Shown here: positions 9,485-20,040 of the stretch, piece by piece
How positions within the stretch are numbered: position 1 is the first letter of the stretch
Layout: each line of letters starts with the position of its first letter
Origin: an uncultured Hormoscilla sp.
GTDB taxonomy: Bacteria; Cyanobacteriota; Cyanobacteriia; Cyanobacteriales; Desertifilaceae
Length of the DNA stretch: 64,000 bases
Assembly: GCA_963921275.4 (NCBI GenBank)
Contig: OZ001293.3
Location: 1,760,001-1,824,000 of the forward strand
Direction of reading: 5' to 3'
Translations under genes and position numbers: made by a program
The notes under the pieces: model-generated
Told to the model about the DNA's origin: nothing
What the model saw: the letters and a program-made list of their open reading frames with translations, nothing else
Database searches by the model: none

Positions 9485-12400
9485 ATGATCGCAGAAGATT
9501 TAGGACGCTTGTTCGAGGTGGGGTTCAATATTGGGATCCTCGCCTATATTCGCGAAAATAATCTGAAGAACAACTTCGATACATTATTTGAACGAGACCT
9601 GCAAGAGTTGCGCTTCCCCCAGATGCATCGGCGGATAGTCGATCGGGCAAAAATGGTGGATGCGTCCCATCGCCAGACGATATGCAAATGGAGTTTATTT
9701 TTCCTGCAAAAAGGGTTTCTTTGCGGTCTCAACTTCTTCCGGGAATACCTGGAAGCTGCGAAATGGGAATTAAAAAAGCTGGAGATTCTCTATTTCCAGT
9801 GCAATTTTCGCGGTGAAAACAGTCTGGGTACTTATCCCCAAAGTGAGGAAGAAGGATTTCACTCGCTTTTGTCTCAGTTGGGGAATGTCAAGGTGGATAT
9901 TGGTCGCTACCAGCAAAAAGGAGAATTTCTCAAAGCTGATACCCTGATGCTACTGCGTTGCCGCAAAAAGTTCCGCATCCTCTCGGTAGATTTGTCGGTG
10001 TTCTCGGTTAAGTCCGCAGAAGATATTCAGGATCTGGATAATGTGGAGATTTTACGGCGATACCTGCTGCGGGAGATCAAATATTTGCGATCGAAAAGCG
10101 TTTTCTCTCAACTGAGTATCGATACGGAAGACCTGGACTTCAAGTTTTCCCCGGACTTGGTCCGATATTTCACCGCTTTCAAAACTAAGGATAAAGAAAG
10201 TGCTAAATTGATTCAGGCGGGGAGTTATGCTTATAGCTTCTATCAGTTTTTGCTGTCTGCTAAGATTCTGCAAGCAACGGACCCCCTCACTTTGAACGTG
10301 TTCGGTTACAGCGATCGGGGAGTCAGCGCCATGTCCTTGCATCCCGATCAAATCGATATTTTACAAACCTGCGCCCACATCTACAAGCAGGAGAACAAGA
10401 AACAGGAGATCGACGACGCGCGGGATATTGTTTGGAGAAAGATTTCTCGGAATGCGACCAAGAGTTTTATCAATGGCCGGAAATTCATGCAGGACTTGTC
10501 TTCGGCATCAGGGAACGGAGTGACTCACATCACTCACCAGGAAAAGATTACCGATTTTTTCAATTCCATTGCCAACGTTCCGCCAGAGTTAATGGCCCAA
10601 GTGGGACTAACGGGAACGATGAATTTGCGAGATGCCCACGCTGCTTCGATCGGAAAAGCTTTGACTGCTAAGGAAAACTATCTGTTTTTAACGGGAAATC
10701 CCGGTATTGGCAAGACCACGGCCATTGTGGAATTTCTCAAGCAGCATATGGATGAAGGATTTTTGTTCTTATATATCAGTCCCCGCATCCAAGTTAACCG
10801 AGATATCATCGAGAAGTTCAAGCAGGGAGACCGGTTGTGTGACGATCGCCTGTTTTGCGTCAACAGCAATTCTGACATCATCAAGTCTAACATGGGACAT
10901 TGCACGGTCCAATACCAGACTAATTTAATTCAGGGAGAATTTACCGAAAAAGGAGTCCATTTTTTAGATAGCGATATGATTGGTCGGGAAAAATACAAGC
11001 TGCGACTCAAGCAGACAATGGAGGACTTAATTCAAGATGGCGGTCAGAGAACTCGGGGAGTCTTATCTAGTGTTTGTGATGCGATCGGGACAATGGTGGA
11101 ACGTGGCCTTTCCAATAACATTATCGCCACAGTTTCCGTACAGTCTTTTAAGAAAACCAGAAATGGCGATACTCTGAAACATTTCAATAAAATCTTCAGG
11201 AGTGTCTATAACGAGAGAGAAGGATCAGTTAATCCCGCCAAGATGCAAGCAATATCTCAGCGGATAAAGCACATGTTCGTTATGATTGATGAAATTACCG
11301 GAGACGACAGTGGGGTCGAGTTCTTCAGCGGCATTAGTCAACTGGCGGGAGACTATGAGTTAATGGATGGTACACATGGGTTTAATACTAAGATTATAGT
11401 TGCCGATGCCTCCATCGTCAACTCAGAGGTGATCCGTCAGCATATGGGCGATCGGGATGTAGCACCGGACAAAATCTTTTTCCGACCGGCATCAGGTCCA
11501 GGTTCCCCCCTCTCCGTGGAACCTTTTGATTATGGGGCGATCGCCCGCAATTTTGATTAATGCCAACTCCTATCCGGCCCAAAGTTTGGATATTACATAT
11601 AAAGTCTTCATCGAGTCCAGTAAATTTAAGGACTCGGAATTATATGACAAATCTGATGTGGTCGATCGGGTGCAAACAGAGATTATCGCAGACTTGAATG
11701 AGTTGCTGAATAGACCGAACGCGGGACAGATAATTGTCTACATCCAGGACAAGCAGCGGTTAAAGAACCTGACAGAGAAACTGAAAGAGGATCGCGGCCA
11801 ATTCGAGCAATTTGTAGATTACCTAGAAATTCACTCGAACATTTCCGAGTCCTATAAACAGGAACTGCAAAGGCACAAGAATGACGTGAAAGTAATCTTC
11901 ATGACTTCCTCAGCGAGTCGAGGACTATCCTTTCCCAAGACCAAGCATATCCTGGTAGACATTCCTCGGTTTCAAATTGAAAGGAACCTAATGGAAGTCA
12001 TCCAGGTAATTTATCGCGGTCGGGGAGAATACATTGAAAATGAGGAGAGGAAAACCCTGGATGGAGAAGATAAATACCTGACCTTTTACCTTTACGAACA
12101 AGCAATTTACTACGGGGAAGAACCCGAAAAAGAATTACGGGAGAGCAAATTAAGTTTAGCGAACATCCTGCTGATCTTGAAAACAGCAGTGATGACCCGG
12201 ATCGCAGGTGCAGGACAGATCGGCAAAAAACATTTTACGATCATCCCGATCGGGGGGAAGTCAGTATTTGCAGCGGGGGACACATTTTCCGGGAGTATGG
12301 CGGCGCTAATAGGGGAATTAAAGAGAGAACATATCCGCCGCCGCACTGATAAACTTTTGAATGAAGTGCATGGGAGTTTAAGGCAACTGCTGGCCCGGGC

Positions 12401-13106
12401 AAGATTTGTCTTGACTGATGCCGAAAAATCTGGTAATCCTAAAACGGTTGACTATCTATCGGTGCGGGAGTCATTGGGGAAAAGTTTTGAGAAATTGGCA
12501 AATAAAGGGTTTGATGGACTGCTGAAATTTGGTAATCTAGAAGCAGGACATATTAGTGGCAGTCTGTTGCTGGTCTCCCTGAAGGATAAAAATCTCCAAG
12601 AGAACTATGAGATCCGTCTAGAGCAAATATTCAAGCATGACGCCGATGATGAATTTTTAGACAAACTCCGTAAGGTCAGTAAAAGTCGTCATTATCCAGA
12701 GAGTCTGCGATCGGCCACCCGAGGGGCGATCGAGCTAGTCGAAAAACTTTTGGAAGGAAAGGAAAACAGGACACAGCGATACGAGCAGAACTCCGTGCGT
12801 ACCGATCAATATTATGCCTTACCGCTACTGACATTTATTAGCAGCGAGGCGATGGAGGATTATTTTGCCAACGGGATAGAGGAACCAGAAGGAAAGACAT
12901 TTCGAGAACTGCTATCTCTGTACGTGCGATCGCTGTACCCAGCGGACAACATGTTGCCGATCGGGTATAATTATGAAAAATTTCCCTTTGTGGTGTTCAG
13001 GAGCTATAGTTTAACTGAAATCAGGAATAAGTTGTTTACAGATAAACAGTTGCTGAATTCCCATGAGTTGAACGTGCTAAACTTGATTCTAGCTCAAGAT
13101 GAATAA
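9485..13106 (+). pseudogene. Nuclease-like/SF2 helicase fusion (~1200 aa) split by a single frameshift near 11535
   Basis: Walker A GNPGIGKTT and motif II DEITGD lie in ORF 9485-11560; motifs V (TSSASRGLSFP) and VI (QVIYRGRG) lie in ORF 11526-13106; removing one G from GGGG fuses them. Confidence 0.75.
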
Positions 13107-13147
13107 TAGGTGGGATCGTCGGTGTCCCCGGTCAAAGGAGGTAAACA

Positions 13148-13462
13148 ATGGAATGGAAAAGATATTACTTCAAGCTGGAGATGGAACAGTTACCAGAGCG
13201 AATTTGGACGCAGTTCAAATCTAGCGAGATTGTGCAGGAGATGAAGATGCAGTCAAAATCGGAAATAATTGAGTCGATCGACCAATTGCCAGAAGCAATT
13301 TTGGATAAAATGCGACATACTGTTGAAATGGTTTGGCGGGAATTTGACAAACAGTTAATGGTAACAAATCCAGGAAAGTTTGCCAATGCCATTCTCAGCG
13401 AGTCGTCTTTGGCAAAAGATTGGTTGTCGCCAGAAGAGGATGAAGCGTGGAAGGACTTGTAA
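13148..13462 (+). CDS. DUF2281-like antitoxin; no intact cognate toxin follows
   Basis: C-terminal LSESSLAKDWLSPEEDEAWKDL is typical of antitoxins preceding MazF/PemK toxins. Confidence 0.6.
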   Translation: MEWKRYYFKLEMEQLPERIWTQFKSSEIVQEMKMQSKSEIIESIDQLPEAILDKMRHTVEMVWREFDKQLMVTNPGKFANAILSESSLAKDWLSPEEDEAWKDL

Positions 13463-13559
13463 AGGAAGATCGCGATCGCACCTCTGCCGATCCGACCATT
13501 ATCAGAGAGGGGGCGATCGGGGCTATAATAAGATTAAAGTATATTGGGGAGGGTTAGCT

Positions 13560-13700
13560 ATGACTCAACTGGTGCTGCCAGACTTGAATCCGATCGCGAT
13601 CGCTGCGCGAAAAATCGAGAAATTGAAAGCACGAGCGAGGCGACATGGATGTTCTCTGATCGTTAATATATTATATCAAGTCCAGTTAATTAATTATTAA
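13560..13700 (+). pseudogene. FitA/Arc-like antitoxin fragment
   Basis: MTQLVLPDLNP..IEKLKARARRHGCSL with a short insert at a HIP1 site. Confidence 0.45.
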
Positions 13701-13753
13701 TAGTATGTTGGGTTACGCTGCGCTTAACCCAACATAAATCTTAGAAGCGGTTA

Positions 13754-14083
13754 CTATGGATCTGGAGTAAGTTTTGGAGGCTCTGGAGCAGGAGGTTGAG
13801 GATGTTTTCCGGCATAGTATATAACCACCTTGCGCTGTTCTGCGTCAGGCACATAAAAAACTCTGTCTCCTTTTGTTACCTTATATTCCCAGGCTCCCTT
13901 GTAATTTTTCCCCTTCATTGGAAAAATCTTCTTCGGCTTTCTTTGCATCGGAGTATTACACAAATACTCATAGCACTCACGAGCATTTTCTGGTTCCCGT
14001 GACTGTAATTCTTCCCAGTCTTTATTTACCCGTTTGTTCTTTGCGACCACTAGCCAAGGCGATTCAGTGTCTTGTACTTCCAT
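13754..14083 (-). CDS. RelE/ParE superfamily toxin
   Basis: Basic 109-aa protein with MKGKNYKGAWEYKVTKGDRVFY..VVIYYAGKH, downstream of acidic partners. Confidence 0.65.
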   Translation of the reverse strand: MEVQDTESPWLVVAKNKRVNKDWEELQSREPENARECYEYLCNTPMQRKPKKIFPMKGKNYKGAWEYKVTKGDRVFYVPDAEQRKVVIYYAGKHPQPPAPEPPKLTPDP

Positions 14084-14214
14084 TCCATTTCTTTTTCTGG
14101 CGGGGCAACCTGCGAGGATGGCTATAAAGTTGTTTCATTTTCTTCAGCAGGTTTATATTGTGAAGGATTTTGTGATGCCGCCAGTTTTTTTCTGACGGCA
14201 CTACACTCTCAGAA

Positions 14215-14658
14215 TCATACGTCTTCAGCCTCTTTAGCCGCCGGTTTAGTTAGCATCACTTCTTCTTCAAACTCATTACTCAAGAAAGCCTCAGCTAGTT
14301 CTGGACTTTCAATTGCGATCGCACTTTCGTGCCACTCATATATGACTGCATCCAGCTCATCCAAAGCATCTGGTTGGGATAGCGCCTCTTGGGTCTCTTC
14401 GAGCAGATCTGCTAATTCTTCAGAGTCAAATACCCTCAACCATCCGTAGGGATGATCGGCACTAATCTCCTCTCCTGAACGCAATTGCTCTACAATGCCG
14501 ATCGGGCTGCTCAGATCATTCGCTTTATTCGCTTTATTCGCTTTTCTTGTCTCTTGGCTCTTGACTGACCAATTTGCTGTTGCTGGAGAGCCAGGCACCA
14601 AGGTAGCGCAGTTAGGGGACATCAGCATATAATTCACTTCCTCCCGGTATCGACTCAT
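14215..14658 (-). CDS. Putative antitoxin, paralog 2
   Basis: Acidic protein, HPYGWLRVFDSEELA..EWHESAIAIESPEL. Confidence 0.6.
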   Translation of the reverse strand: MSRYREEVNYMLMSPNCATLVPGSPATANWSVKSQETRKANKANKANDLSSPIGIVEQLRSGEEISADHPYGWLRVFDSEELADLLEETQEALSQPDALDELDAVIYEWHESAIAIESPELAEAFLSNEFEEEVMLTKPAAKEAEDV

Positions 14659-14689
14659 CTATTACAACTCTTTACCTATATACTTCTTG

Positions 14690-15079
14690 CTAAAATCCAG
14701 CACTCCCGTTATTTTCCGGTTTCGTTAGCACCACTTCTTCTTCAAATTCATTGGTAAAGAAAGCCTCAGTCAATTCTGGACTTTCAATTGCGATCGCACT
14801 TTCGTGCCACTCATATATTACTGCGTCCAACTCATCCACATTCGCTTCCGAAATCGCCTCTTTCGTCTCTGCAATCAGTTCGGCTAATTCTTCAGAATCA
14901 AATCCTCTCAGCCATCCGAAGGGATGGTCGGAACTAATCTTCTCTCCTGAACCCAATTGATTAGCAATTGCGATCAGTTCCTTCGCTTTTCTTGTCTCTT
15001 CCTCTTTTACTGGCCATTTTCCCAGATTTCTACGTTGCAAAATCTGGCTATTAGAAGGGGACATTACCATATAGTTCAC
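14690..15079 (-). CDS. Putative antitoxin, paralog 1
   Basis: Clear paralog of 14215-14658. Confidence 0.6.
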   Translation of the reverse strand: MNYMVMSPSNSQILQRRNLGKWPVKEEETRKAKELIAIANQLGSGEKISSDHPFGWLRGFDSEELAELIAETKEAISEANVDELDAVIYEWHESAIAIESPELTEAFFTNEFEEEVVLTKPENNGSAGF

Positions 15080-15396
15080 TCCATTAGCTGGGGGAACAGC
15101 TAGGGGTATTTGACATCGAACTCAATTAAGTGGAGCTGGGCAGAATCGAACTGCCGTCCGCATCAGTTATTGACTTTCCGATCGTTCACAGGCTTAGCCC
15201 TTCTAACCCTCGGGGCGGGAACCATCCATTATCCCGGATGACAGGATGCTCTGGTGAGTTCTTTGCTAGTTAGTCTACCAGAGACAACCGACTAGCGCAT
15301 CCGTTGGGGTTTTGTCCGCAGCCCTTAACGGAGTCAGACTACAGACGCTCGAACCTATATGAGGTGTTTAGGCAACCGCAGCTGCTTTACGAGCAA

Positions 15397-17698
15397 GTTA
15401 GCTAGATAGGCGCATTACTGCACGTACCCGCCTCCAGAACCGGACTTGAAACTTTCGCCTCATCCGGCTCCTCGTTCTGGATGGTGCTTCCACCTCGGCT
15501 ATGGTGGTCTTGATGACAGTACCTATGTACCATCGCCAGGTTACTGCGCTTGTTATTCCGGTGGTTCCCGTCGATGTGGTGTAGTTCCAGGTCTTGTCCC
15601 GTGAAAATTACCTCTCCACAGAGCGAGCAACATCCCTTCTGAAAACCTACAAGCTTTTGCCTCAGATCTTCATGGGAGGGGTCATGTTTGCCCCTTTTGC
15701 TCCAGTAAACCCAGTCTCCATCGAACGGGGATTTTTCCCCTCTTACTTTCTCGTGTACTCGACTAGAAAAGTCGGTGTACTTGGGGAGAGTCACCAGATT
15801 GCCATTTTGGTCGTATCCGCCGTACCTCCAACCTTGTTCCGTCTTATGCCAATAACGCTTCCATTGGGTATCGAGTGATTGCTTACCACAGTCCCGTTTA
15901 GTTAGTGATAGCAGCCGATAGTATAGGGTTTCATCCAGTGAATTGAATGCTTCATAGCTACCATTTCCCCATCGGAAGTATTGCGCCCATTCCCGCATTA
16001 TTGGCTTGAGTCTGGATACAATGCTCAAGGTTCTCTTATCCTTGACCATCCTAGAGGCAATTGTTAACTCATGCTTGAGCTTGGTCTTTTGCTTTTTGAC
16101 GGCATCTTCACTCGGACCGGTTATCAGTCGGTGTCCCAGATGTTTTCCGTCCGGTTTTCTGGCCCCTCTATGTTTACCTCTCTCCTTTTGGATGAAGTTG
16201 TATCCCAGAAAGTCAAACCCCGGTTCTTCTCCATCTGTTTGGACTTTGGTATTACATATGCGGGTTTTCTCCTCGGAGAGCTTGAGACCAATAGCTTCTA
16301 GGAATTGCTCGACCACCGTCTTGGCCTGTTGGACTTTCTCCAGTTCGTCATGAATCACGACAAAGCCGTCTGCATACTGGATTAACACAATCCCAGCTGT
16401 TTTGCTTCCGTCTTTGTTGCTTTTCGACTGCGGCTGGATGCGGTTTACTTCTGTTTCCAGGCCCTGTAGGGCAATGTTTGCTAGCAGCGGACCTATGACT
16501 CCCGATTCTGGGGTGTCTTTGTCCCTTTGCGGAAAGACATTGCCTTTCATTACCCCCGCCTTCAGCCAGGCTTTTATCTGTCTCCTCATGATGCTGAACG
16601 TATTCAGCTTATTCAGGAGTTGTTCGTGGTCGAGCCGGTCAAAACCAGCGATTTCGGCGTCCAGGACATATTTAGGTTTGTACCTCAGTCGGATTCTAAT
16701 CCCTTCTATAGCATCTATAGCGCTCTTCCCGGGTCTGAATCCATAGCTGTTAGGTTCAAAGAAGGCTTCCCATTCTGGTTCTAGGGCAATTTTGGCTAGC
16801 GCCTGTTTGGCCCTGTCCTCAATTGTGGGGATGCCTAACGGTAGCCCTTTCTCGGAATCTGGTTTGGGTATGCAGACTCTTTTTAATGGAGAGGCTTTAC
16901 CGTCTATCTCTAGCCTTTCTGCTAGGGCTAACCTTTCAGAGGGCTTCAGGCAAATAATTCCATCCACTCCCAGAGTTTTGGCTCCCGTATTGTCCTGGGT
17001 GACCATTCTGGTGGCCAGCAGTTTGGCGCTTCTAGACCTGATGACTAACTTTTGCAGGTTTTTCACCCTGTCGAAGTCGCCCTCTTTAGCCGCTTTGTAG
17101 ATTCGCTTTTGGATGCGGAAGACTTCTGTCCGAACTTTCGTCCAGTCTAGATACCCCCAGGTTACCTTTGCGGTTTTAACCTCTGACATCTTTCTGGGCT
17201 GTCTCTACTCTTCCAGACCGACGGCCTTTCAGCGTATCCCCAGAGTTACCCGAGGCATTTGCTTGGTGACCGTATCCTTCACTGTCCTACCGCAGGTTTG
17301 GAACTCTGCCCGTTTCCGGTTGAGGTACTTCAGCTTCCCTAGCTTCATCGTTCTCCATTGGCTGTGGGTTTAGGTCTCCAGTTTGCGCCGGTGGATGAGG
17401 TGCCTCCGCTCGGTACCATATCCTCACGGTCTTACCACACGTCCCTGTTTTGGACTCCGGGGTATCAACCCTGTTTTCCCCGTTAACATTTGACGACGCT
17501 TCTCGATACTGGATTCACTGTCCGTTAACCATGCCCACTTGCGCATGTATCTTGATTCTGGGTGGGTTCCCGTCCTCTTGTTTCTTTTCCCTGCTTCGCT
17601 CCCTGGTTTACCATCCCAGGATGCGGGGATGCGCTGTCCCTCCGGCACTGAGAGGAGTAGGACTCTAACCTACATGGAGTACGACTATCTAGTCGCAC
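15397..17698 (-). mobile_element. Group II intron (2302 nt) inserted in the tmRNA tag frame
   Basis: Starts GTGCGAC; DV GAGCCGGATGAGGCGAAAGTTTCAAGTCCGGTTCTG; ends ...CTAGCTAAC; encodes an RT/maturase. Confidence 0.95.
15402..17189 (-). CDS. ltrA: Group II intron-encoded protein (RVT_N, degenerate RT, X/maturase, HNH)
   Basis: PLGIPTIEDRAKQAL, FEPNSYGFRPGKS, YADG in place of YADD, C-terminal CSLC..HHIDG..N..H..CH. Confidence 0.92.
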   Translation of the reverse strand: MSEVKTAKVTWGYLDWTKVRTEVFRIQKRIYKAAKEGDFDRVKNLQKLVIRSRSAKLLATRMVTQDNTGAKTLGVDGIICLKPSERLALAERLEIDGKASPLKRVCIPKPDSEKGLPLGIPTIEDRAKQALAKIALEPEWEAFFEPNSYGFRPGKSAIDAIEGIRIRLRYKPKYVLDAEIAGFDRLDHEQLLNKLNTFSIMRRQIKAWLKAGVMKGNVFPQRDKDTPESGVIGPLLANIALQGLETEVNRIQPQSKSNKDGSKTAGIVLIQYADGFVVIHDELEKVQQAKTVVEQFLEAIGLKLSEEKTRICNTKVQTDGEEPGFDFLGYNFIQKERGKHRGARKPDGKHLGHRLITGPSEDAVKKQKTKLKHELTIASRMVKDKRTLSIVSRLKPIMREWAQYFRWGNGSYEAFNSLDETLYYRLLSLTKRDCGKQSLDTQWKRYWHKTEQGWRYGGYDQNGNLVTLPKYTDFSSRVHEKVRGEKSPFDGDWVYWSKRGKHDPSHEDLRQKLVGFQKGCCSLCGEVIFTGQDLELHHIDGNHRNNKRSNLAMVHRYCHQDHHSRGGSTIQNEEPDEAKVSSPVLEAGTCSNAPI

Positions 17699-18138
17699 AA
17701 GGAACAATGTTGTTCGCAGTTACATTTTTATTTGAGCCGATATTTACGAGAGGAGACTCACTCTCGACCTGAATCACGGAGCAGTTTTCGCTAACACGTC
17801 GAAACCATTGCAGCCCCATGTCTTACATCTCCCATTCTGGCTTATATCTTTGCAACTGTCAAGGGGTAATTACGTAAATTTTGCGATTTCTGCCATTTTT
17901 TTTGCATTGAGGAACTGCAACTGCTGGTACAGCATGGCGATCCGGGGCCAATCAGCACCGGCACTGGTGGCCGCCCGTAAGGGGTTGCCAAAGATTGCCT
18001 CGACTTCCAGTGGCTTGCCTCGGTTGGGGAAAGGGAACAGGGAACAGGGAACAGGGGGGGATCGTTTAGAGCCGAACAACATCTCCAGATGCCTTATTTT
18101 TGGTGCTCCCCCAAAGCTTGGATGCGTCCTGAGTTCAC

Positions 18139-19137
18139 TTACTTACCGCTACCCATAAGATAAAGCAAAGCCATTCTGATCGCAACACCGCTAGTAACCT
18201 GTTGAGAAATTAGGCTAAATTGGGGGTCGTCCATCAGATAGGAGCTAATTTCTACCCCCCGGTTGACAGGACCTGGGTGCAAAACTTTCACATCAGGTTT
18301 GCAAAGTTTCAGCCGCTCGCGGGTAATGCCAAACAACTGATGATATTCTCGCCCGCTGGGAAGTAAATGCTGAGTCATTCGTTCCTTTTGCAAGCGCAAA
18401 GTCATGACAAAATCAGCATCTTGTAACGCTGGTTCAACCTGCCAATGCAGATATAACTGTCTATTTTGTGCAGAATCATCGGATATGGCAGTATATTCAG
18501 CAAGCAGTTTCGGTGCCAGAGTCGGCGGCGCAGCCAGATGGACTTGGGCTCCAGTTGTTGTTAGACTCCAGATATTCGATCGGGCAACCCGGGAATGGAC
18601 AATATCCCCCACGATCGCGATCTTTTTGTCTGCCAGGAGTGAAATACGCGGATGCTTGGCATCTAACTGTGAGGTAATAGTAAATAAATCCAGCAATGCC
18701 TGAGAAGGATGTTCGTGCTGGCCATCACCCGCATTCAGCACCCGGACTTTTGCCTCCAGACAATCCATTAATGAGGCGATCGCATTCGGCACCCCGGCCT
18801 GTTGATGGCGAATCACCATCATATCAGTTCCCATCGCCAAGTAAGTCTTCGCCGTATCCAAAATCGTCTCTCCCTTAGAAAGAGAAGAAGTTCCCGGGGC
18901 AAAACTCAGGGTATCAGCAGAAAGCCGCTTTGCCGCCAGTTCAAAACTATTGCGAGTGCGGGTAGAAGGTTCAAAAAACAGATTAGCCACCACCAGTCCG
19001 AGCAAAGTCGGCACCTTTTTCGTCCGTCTGGAGAGCACCTCAGCAAAGCTAGTAGCAGTCTGTAGAACAGTATCATATTCATCTGGCACAAAATCAGCCA
19101 GAGAAAGAATATGTCGCCGATTCCAAGTATTGGTCAT
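18139..19137 (-). CDS. pyrB: Aspartate carbamoyltransferase catalytic subunit
   Basis: [32 protein letters not shown]. Confidence 0.97.
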   Translation of the reverse strand: MTNTWNRRHILSLADFVPDEYDTVLQTATSFAEVLSRRTKKVPTLLGLVVANLFFEPSTRTRNSFELAAKRLSADTLSFAPGTSSLSKGETILDTAKTYLAMGTDMMVIRHQQAGVPNAIASLMDCLEAKVRVLNAGDGQHEHPSQALLDLFTITSQLDAKHPRISLLADKKIAIVGDIVHSRVARSNIWSLTTTGAQVHLAAPPTLAPKLLAEYTAISDDSAQNRQLYLHWQVEPALQDADFVMTLRLQKERMTQHLLPSGREYHQLFGITRERLKLCKPDVKVLHPGPVNRGVEISSYLMDDPQFSLISQQVTSGVAIRMALLYLMGSGK

Positions 19138-19249
19138 TGGTTAGTAGTTGGTGGCCGTCGGACAGGCGGGAGGCCCGGACTACGTAAAAAAATAAAGCTG
19201 ATTATATCCTAGAGACATTGAATCACATAAATAGCAATATCGATCTATT

Positions 19250-19783
19250 TTGGTGATGAACATAAAGATTTTAGCATTTCTGCTGTTCGGCACTATGCTA
19301 GTCAGCGGCTGCACTTGGATGCGCCGTTACCCCCTAGCGGGTGAGAACACCTTGAGTAGCAACCCCATAGCTGACCAAGTCACCACAACTAGCAGCCTAT
19401 CACCCACCTCCGGCACCGATCCTGCTAATAATACTGTAACGGTGACTATTTACAAAGCAGACAGCCAGTGCGAAACCCTGATTGCCGAAAAAGAAGTCCT
19501 TCCCCAGCATCGCTTACTTGTGAGGGTTGTAGGTAAAGTCATAGAACAAGCGACTTCCACTGACTTTGACATCGCTGGTTATCGGGTGAACCTAGATCGA
19601 CAGCGTCAAGTCGCCACAGTCGATCTGCGACTAAATCCTAACACGAGGCGGCAGTTTGTCTCTCTTTCTTTTTGCGAACAGTTTGCCCTATTTGGCAGTC
19701 TCCGCCAAACCCTGACTGATAACCCCAACTGGCATATCGAAGAGGTTCGCTTCACCCAACTAGGTAAAGAAATTATCTTCTAA
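19250..19783 (+). CDS. GerMN-domain lipoprotein
   Basis: Lipobox LVSGC; ATVDLRL..SLS.CEQFALFGSLRQTL. Confidence 0.6.
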   Translation: MVMNIKILAFLLFGTMLVSGCTWMRRYPLAGENTLSSNPIADQVTTTSSLSPTSGTDPANNTVTVTIYKADSQCETLIAEKEVLPQHRLLVRVVGKVIEQATSTDFDIAGYRVNLDRQRQVATVDLRLNPNTRRQFVSLSFCEQFALFGSLRQTLTDNPNWHIEEVRFTQLGKEIIF

Positions 19784-19884
19784 TACATCATCCCTATCCA
19801 CTACCAAGGACATAAGAAAGGGACATAAGAAACCCGGTTTTTACAGACAACCGGGTTTCTGGGCTAGTCATGGAAAATCAACAA

Positions 19885-20040
19885 TTATGCTAGAGATGGA
19901 ACTTGATTTAATTTCAACCAATACAGTGCCAGTTGCCGGGCTACTGTTTGAAACTGGCTAAAGTCCACGGGTTTGGGAATGTAGCTGTTACAGCCCAAAG
20001 TATAGCAATTTATCAAGTCTTGCTTTTCTCTGGATGTAAG
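19885..20040 (-). pseudogene. Response regulator receiver (Rcp1-like) C-terminal fragment
   Basis: DLINCYTLGCNSYIPKPVDF..YWLKLN; N-terminal half absent. Confidence 0.7.

Larger units (their letters stand above)
15131..17817 (-). ncRNA. ssrA: tmRNA in two exons (17817-17699 and 15396-15131; 385 nt spliced)
   Basis: 5' GGGGCTGCAATGGTTTCGAC; 3' T-arm GGCAGTTCGATTCTGCC and CAGCTCCA; spliced tag reads ANNIVPFARKAAAVA*. Confidence 0.95.

Noticed and set aside
15131..15165. tRNA gene
   Set aside because: The T-arm and acceptor stem belong to the tmRNA 3' end; there is no anticodon arm
15402..17189. Retron, DGR or CRISPR-associated RT
   Set aside because: The ORF lies within clear group II intron boundaries and has X and HNH domains
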